Position numbers and translations under genes: made by a program. Positions 27,401 through 36,400 of a stretch of 64,000 bases of DNA are shown piece by piece. A model generated the notes under the pieces. That model ran no database searches and was not told the origin of the DNA. It saw nothing but the letters and a program-made list of their open reading frames with translations. Numbering within the stretch: the stretch's first letter is position 1; the number at the start of each line of letters is the position of its first letter. The stretch covers positions 2,232,001-2,296,000 of the forward strand of contig NC_092674.1 in the NCBI RefSeq assembly GCF_964355755.1, given 5' to 3'. This DNA comes from Antedon mediterranea. Taxonomy: Eukaryota; Animalia; Echinodermata.

Positions 27401-30400
27401 TAATAGACCTTAAATGTTCTACAAACCTATCACCTAACATATATATATATATATATATATACATATATCACATTTTTTTGTCACATAAAGTTTGATAGTG
27501 TAGACAGAGCTTTATGTATCTGCTTGTGTAGTCATTGTTTTCAATTCTCATTTTTTCTTCAGTGGAAATGGAAGTTTAATCAACGGTAGAACCATCCCAG
27601 CGAAAACCGAAGAAGAAAAAACGAAGCGCCGAGAGAACATCATATCACAAAGTCGGCACGAGGCTCAACTAGCGAGACGGAGACTGGAAGAAGCAAAAGC
27701 AAAGACAAAACAAATGCAAAAATCAACAGTTAATTCTCACGTCAAGGTAGGCACATATTTTCTTTTTATTTTACAAACTATTTACCGGAATGAGAAAAAA
27801 TCTAAGCTTCATATAAATGTTGAAGTAATTAATTTGTAAAGAGGAGAACATCTGGCAGAATGGAGGTTCAAACTCTCACTCAACTGCTTCTTACAGGCAC
27901 TGTACAACTGGGGCTTTTGATCATATAAACTTAAAATAGAACTATTCTTTTATTTTTCTGTGCCTTGCCATGCCCCTAAAGCTTGGATGGTCCTTGCCTA
28001 AGGTAAGAATGTACCCAAGGGTCTATTTAATTATATGTTTATGTTGTTGTTAAACGTTTGTTATTTAAGTGTAAATTTGTGACATGTTTGTATACGCTTT
28101 TTATTTATATTGTCCCCCTGAAAAATAATTTTTTACAATTTTTTTTTTAATATGCCATTTTAATGTAACATAATAGTTATTGACTTCAACCAAAAATTGG
28201 ATCGAAAAAAAATGTATTTACCTGAAAAAAATGGAATTTAAAGCAAAAAATTGTCAACTTGGCTGCCAGCCAATGGATTTTTGGTTGAATTTAACCATTT
28301 ATCATGTTATTTTATAAGTGAAAACATTATTTTTTTCATTTTTTTCTACGGAAGTGATTCACTTTATTAAAACTACAAAATAACCTATTCAAAGTATGAT
28401 TTAATTAATCTTCATTTTTCATGTTTTTGGGGGACAATACATCTTTAAATGAATACAAATGGTTGGGAAAAAAAATAGTGGAGCAGCTCAATTTTTTTAC
28501 AATCAACGGTTCTTTTGATTAATTTTTGTTTCATATTTCAGACACGTTCACCGAGTACAAGTGAGGACAAGACAAAAAGATTAAATGGAAATGGTCCAGG
28601 GGGTAGTGTAAATTCATCCTCCACCTCTAAGGCATACCAAGGGCATACCACTGGTCTAGCAGCACTTAAACCACGTTCATGTGAGTCAGGGGTCAGATCT
28701 AGACAGTTTAGAAATAGCCATAGCCGAAGTATCTCTCATATTGAAGCGTTGATATATCAAATGAATGTTTATAAATATTAAATATAAGCCTTGAACATTT
28801 TATTAAATTTTTTAGCATTAAATAGTGGAAAACAATCAAGTATAGATGGCGTGAACCCACGGTACACACTAAAAAGAGAAGCGCAAAAGATGCAAGAAGA
28901 CTTTGCTCAATTAGACATGCTCAGAAAGGTGAGTCGACAACATAATATAAGTTAACTTCTGTGCAGATTTTTGGGTTGTTTTTTTTTTTGTTCATTTAAC
29001 TAAATGATTAATTAACCTGAAAACAATAGTGTTGCTCCAATTGCAATACCTTTTATATCCAACCACAGTTATTGTGACGCTAATTAGTTAACTAATTGCC
29101 ATAATGAGTATATTTGTCAAACATTAATAATTGTAATGCAGAATCTCTTTGCATTCCATGTACCTTGGAACTCTATTAGCAATACAGTCTAATAATAATA
29201 TGTTAAAATCTGTCAGTGTTGTTGTTTTATGTGTTTTTTTATTATTCGTTTATGACATTAGTGATAGATACAACAGCACCCTCTATTTTGTTGGGTAATT
29301 ATATAAGATTATATTGATTTTGTTTAGTTTTTTTAAATTTAAAATGAACCGGTAATATCGTGGCGGGTGCTGTATATACTGGAGAGTGATGGTGTAATGG
29401 TAATATCGGACTAGCATGTGATAGGCATGGGTTCGAGGTTATCTGTACCATACTAATTGCATCCTTTGGCAAGATGCTTTACTCTCATTGCCTAATCTGG
29501 TAGGTGCTGCACTGCTGGCTGCCGTGGGTCCGTGGAGGGCCTAATCCGAATTTCCTCACTGAGGACAAAATATTAATACCAAAAAAACCAAAAAAACAAA
29601 TAATCTATAACGGCATTTATATCAGCAAAGAAGAAAATATATAACACTGCCCTCTGGAGAGAGAATATATTATTTGTTCATCATCCTCCTTATATTTTTT
29701 ATAATCCTGTCAAAACGTGACAAAATATTAAGAACAACGCTGATTGTAGTAGGCACTCAGTAAGAGCGTAACCTCACTGAACTTGTAATATTTACCATAT
29801 TTGGAAATATATTTGGAAAAAATGAGAGTTAAATTATCATATCCTTGAGGAGTAATTAGTAATATTTGTGAGATGTTTAAGAATACATTTATCACTGTAT
29901 GGCTTCTACTACAGTACATGAATGAAGTAATGCAGTAAAAAATATATAGATTAACAGCAGGCAACCATTACTGTCCCTTCCCTATCCTTTGCCATATTCA
30001 TTTATATAATACTATATTATATTTCAGAATCTCAAATAATTATTGATTTTTTAATTCTGAAATATTATTTATAGATATTTGATAGTGATATATTTATATA
30101 GTAGTATAAGTATATAAGTATTTATGAATATTTTTTTTAATATTGCTACATATATTTTTGGGCCATTTCACATTATTTCTCACTATATATAATTATAAAT
30201 TAATATAACATTTTTTAAATCGTCATTATTTTTTGTATTTCAATTATTACTTTCCTTCGTGTATCATTTATTTGTAAATATTTCCCGCAATTTCATGCCC
30301 TTCTTAGTCTTCGACAAGTAGACGTAATCAGAATAACAATAACAAGAGTACGGCTAAAAAGCCTGATCGTCGAAACATGCTGCGAGTGGTGAGTGACACG

Positions 30401-33400
30401 AAGCATGCCCTCCCTACGATACTAACAAGATAACTTTTTTTTCTGATTTCATGTATTAACCCAAAAAGCATGTTTGCTAGTAGAACTCGTTTTGAATATT
30501 ATTATAAAACAACAGTTCTTTTCAGAACTAATGTAAGTGGTATACCGCAAACTTGATATCAAGATTTGATTTCGCCATGCAAACCTTCAAACAATATAAT
30601 ATTATTATAGTTAAGTCAATTAAAGGATTTAATAAATAATTGTTCAAAATATTAAAAAACAAATGATTTGATAATAATAGTAATAGTAATAAGAACTTTT
30701 TGATATTTCATTTCATTTATTCGTCTACAAAAACGAGAACAGTAGAAAGGTACAACAATAAAATTACAGAGAAACATGAGACAGGGGAAACCAAAAGTGA
30801 ACGAAATCACTGACGAGTTGGGAACCCTTAAACATACACAAATTACAATCAATCGTAGGCCTATGCTATTTTTAAATTATAGATTTTGTAAAATAGAGTC
30901 TCTATGATTTTTTTAATTATGAATATGTTACTTTGATTAAGAGAAGATGATGAAAAATGAAATTTATTTTTTTTAGCAGACCTACTGATGACCTTAAATG
31001 ACATAAGTCCATTAAAGCAATGCTAACTATTACTATTATTAATTTATGCTTGTCTCTATGGTTACGGATAACTTACATCCTGATTGTAGAAACAGTAAAT
31101 ATTTTTAATGGAAAGTGTACCTGAATTGGTTAATCTCTTGTAAAATGTCAGCCTTAATGAACTCGTCAAAAACTATAATTTAGAGTTTGTGAACACTCTC
31201 TATCCTAGTACACCCACAGACATCTTATTATGGGCTAGTATTGTTGGGTACTTTATTGTCAAAATAAATTTTAAGGCTGGCTTTGGTAGATTGCAAGTGC
31301 TGAGACTTAAGCTCTGTCTACACTATCAAACTAGTTTGAAAAAAAATTGTGATGTGCCCAAAACGCTAGTGATATGCCCAAATATAGTAGTGATATGCCC
31401 AAATATAGTAGTGATATGCCCAAATATAGTAGTGATATGCCCAAATATAGTAGTGATATGACATCATCATCATGTTCATATACAGTATAGGCACATCACC
31501 TTTTTGTGTCACATAAAGTTTGATAGTGTAGACAGAGATTTAAAGCGATTGTCTACAGTATATTTTTGTTTTTGCGAGTGTAGATTTTTCTGCATTGAAG
31601 TTGCTTTCTCACTCTATCTATTCCTCCAGGTTTGATTGTTTCTAGGTCCAGATAAAACATCAATACGTAGTTCCTACATCTTACTTCAGCAAATTGAAAA
31701 CTTCATAATGTTTAATAAAAATGGCCGTTTTTTAGTGCTTGATTACACATTATTGGTGTCTATTTTCTATGATTTTATTGCAAATTAAAAAGATAATTAA
31801 CCTTTGAAATTATCTTTCAATTTATTTATTAATATTGGCTCTGAAGAGAATTTTAATCAATATGTTTCCATAGCAATCAATTATCTATAAATAGTATAGA
31901 AATTTTATAATTTCATCTCAAGATGCACTTATTACAATCAACTGTCAGTAGCCTATTAAAGCTTATACATTGTTGGAGCCTCTGTAGGCCTACTTGACAC
32001 AAGTCTTATACATTTACCTGCAGTAGTTCATAAAGCATTTTAACATTGATTTTTTCTGTTAGTTCATTAGTTATTCAACACTTTATTGATCCCTATTAGA
32101 CTATATACCTATTGTCAATGTATTGTTCAAGTAGTTGGATTTCTGGATTATGTGTTTGAGAAGGACATTTTATTGTTGCGCAAAGGTTAAAGGTCACCAT
32201 TTATTAGGCTTGTTTTCGTTAAAGAAGTAATTACTGCTTTTTGAGTGAAGAATTAATTACTGGTTTTATTAGGTGTGTTTAATAGATATGGCAGCGTTAT
32301 AGTGTGTAACTGTAAATCTAGCCAAGTGGTTAAAGTTCATTCCATTGTGGTTGTAACCTGGTGGTTATCAATTATAAAAAGGTGTTGTAGTTCGAATCCT
32401 GTGAATAAACAGACTATCATAATAATGTACCGTATACAACACAAATTCACATGCATTTAACTAGTGGTTACAATGTACTGTATATCAATCCCAGTACCAA
32501 GATTTCAACAATATTCCAAACTTTATTATGTTTCTCACATGACATTCACATTCCTTGTGCCATATCTATTAGGCTCTGTCTACACTATCAAACAAGAAAG
32601 TCAAAGAAGTGTGATGTGCTACCAAATATGGTAGTAATATGCCCACCTATGGTGGTAGTGATATGACATCATCATCATCATGTCCATATGAGCACATCAC
32701 ATTTTTTGGTCACATAAACGTTGATGATAGCATAAACAGAGCTTTAAAGTAAAATGAATATAAAAAAAGTTGAATGTTTTTTTGATTGTAGTTAATCTTT
32801 TAATTATTGTGTTTAGGATAAAATTTCTCTGATCAGCAGTATCTGTCATTCCCCAAAAGAGAGAGAGTCATTACTTTTAATCATAGTTACTGCACATCTT
32901 TTATTAAACAAGGTTTCTTCTTCCATACATTATATAATACTCTTTTTACATCTGCAAAACGTAACAACTTGTAACCAGGTTTTGCATAGTGTGAAGACAA
33001 TTTTCAGGAATGCTCCTGATGTTTCACAAGGGACCCCTGTGAAATCTCAGCAGTAAAACACACCGATGAGAGGCCCGTTTTGTTCCGTGCAGTGGCAAAT
33101 TATTACTGCATGCGCATGTATTGCCCTGGTATTAAACTGACCAATCATAGTAATCAAATAGCGCGAAACTATGCTTTCTCCCGAGATTTCTCAAGGTTCG
33201 TGTATGAAAACATGTAATAAATCTGGAGATCAAACCTGGTTACAAGTTGTTACAATTTACGCAGATGTGAAAAGGGTATAAGAGAGCTAAGTCATGCATT
33301 GCTTGACATGTTTTTCATGCTTTTAATAATTCTACATTTTACATTTCATTAGTTTTAGTTGTCATCAACATTCATCATGCTATGCTTTTACAACAGAGTG

Positions 33401-36400
33401 TACACAAAAATGTGTTTAATAATAGGGACACGCACTGACGTTATTTCATTTCATTTATTTCAAATATCGTCATCGCAGCCAAAGCTGAATTACAAAGATA
33501 TTTACATATATTATAATGAAGTAAAGTCTACCTACTGTTACTACTAATACATCTTAAGCTCTGTCTACACTATCAAACTAGTCCAAATATGGTATTGGTA
33601 TGCTTAAATATGGTAATGATATGACATCATCATGTCCATATATGGCACATTTTTTTGTAATATAAGTTTGATAGTGTAGACAGATCTTTAGATAAGTTGA
33701 TAGCGTACTGTAGAAAGAGTAAACATGGTTTTTCATGGTATTAGTAGTGGTCACATAGCCCGACGGGGGTCCACTTGCAAAACATGAAAATATATATAAC
33801 ACTACACTCAGGGTATATGTATTACCAAATTTTCATATTGATGCAGTGTTTTTTTATAGTAAAATTAATTAACTTGAGTTTCTGTTTTCACAATTTACAA
33901 TTATAATTTAGCTACTATAAATATTAATGAAGGATGAGGTGGTGTAATGTTATTCATTCCGTCGTCAAGTCACCTTGTTTGCTTGTAGCTTGCTAGGTGT
34001 GTTGGGGCGTGAGGTCACCTTGTTTTCTTGCTAGGTGTGTTGGGGCTTGTGGAGACCTTGTTTTCTTGCTAGGTGTGTTGGGGCGTGAGGTCACCTTGTT
34101 TTCTTGCTAGGTGTGTTGGGGCTTGTGGAGACCTTGTTTTCTTGCTAGGTGTGTTGGGGCTTGTGGAGACCTTGTTTGCTTGCTAGGTGTGTTGGGGCTT
34201 GTGGAGACCTTGTTTGCTTGCTAGGTGTGTTGGGGCTTGTGGAGACCTTGTTTGCTTGCTAGGTGTGTTGGGGCTTGTGGAGACCTTGTTTGCTTGCTAG
34301 GTGTGTTGGGGCTTGTGGAGACCTTGTTTGCTTGCTAGGTGTGTTGGGGCTTGTGGAGACCTTGTTTGCTTGCTAGGTGTGTTGGGGCTTGTGGAGACCT
34401 TGTTTGCTTGCTAGGTGTGTTGGGGCTTGTGGAGACCTTGTTTGCTTGCTAGGTGTGTTGGGGCTTGTGGAGACCTTGTTTTCTTGCTAGGTGTGTTGGG
34501 GCTTGTGGAGACCTTGTTTGCTTGCTAGGTGTGTTGGGGCTTGTGGAGACCTTGTTTGCTTGCTAGGTGTGTTGGGGCTTGTGGAAACCTTGTTTGCTTG
34601 CTAGGTGTGTTGGGGCTTGTGGAGACCTTGTTTGCTTGCTAGGTGTGTTGGGGCTTGTGGAGACCTTGTTTGCTTGCTAGGTGTGTTGGGGCTTGTGGAG
34701 ACCTTGTTTGCTTGCTAGGTGTGTTGGGGCTTGTGGAGACCTTGTTTGCTTGCTAGATTTGTTGGGGCTTGTGGAAACCTTGTTTGCTTGCTAGTTGTGT
34801 TGGAGCTTGTGGAGACCTTGTTTGCTTGCTAGGTGTGTTGGGGCTTGTGGAGACCTTGTTTGCTTGCTAGGTGTGTTGGGGCTTGTGGAGACCTTGTTTG
34901 CTTGCTAGGTGTGTTGGGGCTTGTGGAGACCTTGTTTGCTTGCTAGGTGTGTTGGAGCATGAGGAGGCAGATAATGTGTCCTTGTTAGTATTCACACAAC
35001 AGTAGACACACATCAGTCTTTATGATCAATTACAATAAACAAGTTGATCAATAAGTGTGATGATACAAAGTCATGTCTGTTGTCTATAAAAGAAACAAAT
35101 GGAGGTTATAAAGTCAATAACAATGTTATTAGTCGTTTTAATTTAGTAATTTTAATATATATTGTATGACCACAAATCATGTAACAGACAGACATGGAAG
35201 TCTATCACTCTGCTAATGAAAGTTTACGTTAATTAATTAATTGAAATATGTTTTCATTATACTTGATTATATAACTACTGTGAAGTGGCTATGTATGTGT
35301 TAGGGAGCAAGGAATTGATCAGAGGTTTTTGCCCTAAATTCATCCCTAGCCTGATGTGAATTGAAGAATTCAGAGGCAAAAATCCGAGTTCCCAGCGCAT
35401 CATTAGCCTATAATTCTCTAGTAACAAATGAAAATATATATATTGGTGATATAGCACACAAAAAAAGTGGGGGGGGGGGGGCCCGAACACATCTTAGCAA
35501 ATCTAGACATCTAGGTACAATTATGGTTTACAAACTTGTAGTAATTATAAAGTTGCTTTGATGATTTGTCAGATGTCAAATACCCCTTTCATTTAGCCCA
35601 GTAACACTGTGTTTTGTATGGTGTGCGTTTGGATGTTTAAACTTTGGAGTTTTGCTAGGCAATGTAAATAAAGCATTAGTTAAAAAGTTGTAGTATTACT
35701 ATAAAGTTGTTTTTATGTAAAGCTCTGTCTACACTATCAAATTAGTTTGACAAAAAAGTGATGTGCCTATATATTGTAGTGATATGCTTAAAAATGGTAG
35801 TGATACCATGTCCATATGTCCATATATGAGCACATCACATTGTCACATAAAATTTGATAGTGTAGACAGAGATTAAGATATTTGAAATGGTTTTTTTCTG
35901 ATGCATCTTACTAGTACATATATACTGGCTGCTTGCAATGTAGATCAGATCTTCATCCCAAGCATTAATACATTTTCATGGATGTTTCAAACAGCACTGA
36001 ATTTTCTGACGCAAACCTAGTCTGATATGCCTGCATTTGGTGATGAATGTTAATGCTGCTACTTTTGAATTTTATTACTTTTGTCATTAAATTGATTTTG
36101 ATAGCATGTGTATGAAACAAATGGTGAACTGTTATTTTAATTGTAAAAAAAAAAATTGTAAAAATGTAATTTCTTGCGACTGCTTTCTTAGGTTACAACA
36201 TGATGGGTTACTCACAAGATAATAAGATTGTTCAATTTGTAAACTAATGTCATATAAGACATTTTCACTGTGTTTTGATAACCTCTCAACGTTGCTGTTG
36301 TTATAACAAGCTGTCTGTTTCCACACACACATATGCTGTATTCTGATTTATTAAGATATTTTCAAATTGTTTAATGCCCTCCTTAGCTGCTTAGCAAACT

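Larger units (their letters stand above)
26818..27438 (-). mobile_element. 5'-truncated Penelope-like retroelement with inverted pLTR
   Basis: GIY-YIG C-terminal coding fragment and 3' UTR on the minus strand, joined to an opposite-orientation pLTR (39-bp inverted arms 26818-26856 / 26989-27027, one mismatch) that carries a hammerhead; flanked by (TA)n. Confidence 0.8.
26353..27511. mobile_element. MITE family A copy interrupted by the two Penelope-like insertions
   Basis: Left half 26353-26440 (CTCTATCTACACTATCAAACTAG...) and right half 27465-27511 (...AAGTTTGATAGTGTAGACAGAGCT) join into a normal copy at its internal CATATATG site. Confidence 0.85.

Noticed and set aside
31189-31461. Recurrent LCLHYQT / VVICPN peptides in several short ORFs
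   Set aside because: Translations of MITE family A and its internal repeat, not a protein family.
33968-34957. CRISPR-like array (also 22035-22472, 41650-42310, 57556-57890)
   Set aside because: Head-to-tail units with no unique spacers, no cas genes and a eukaryotic intron context.
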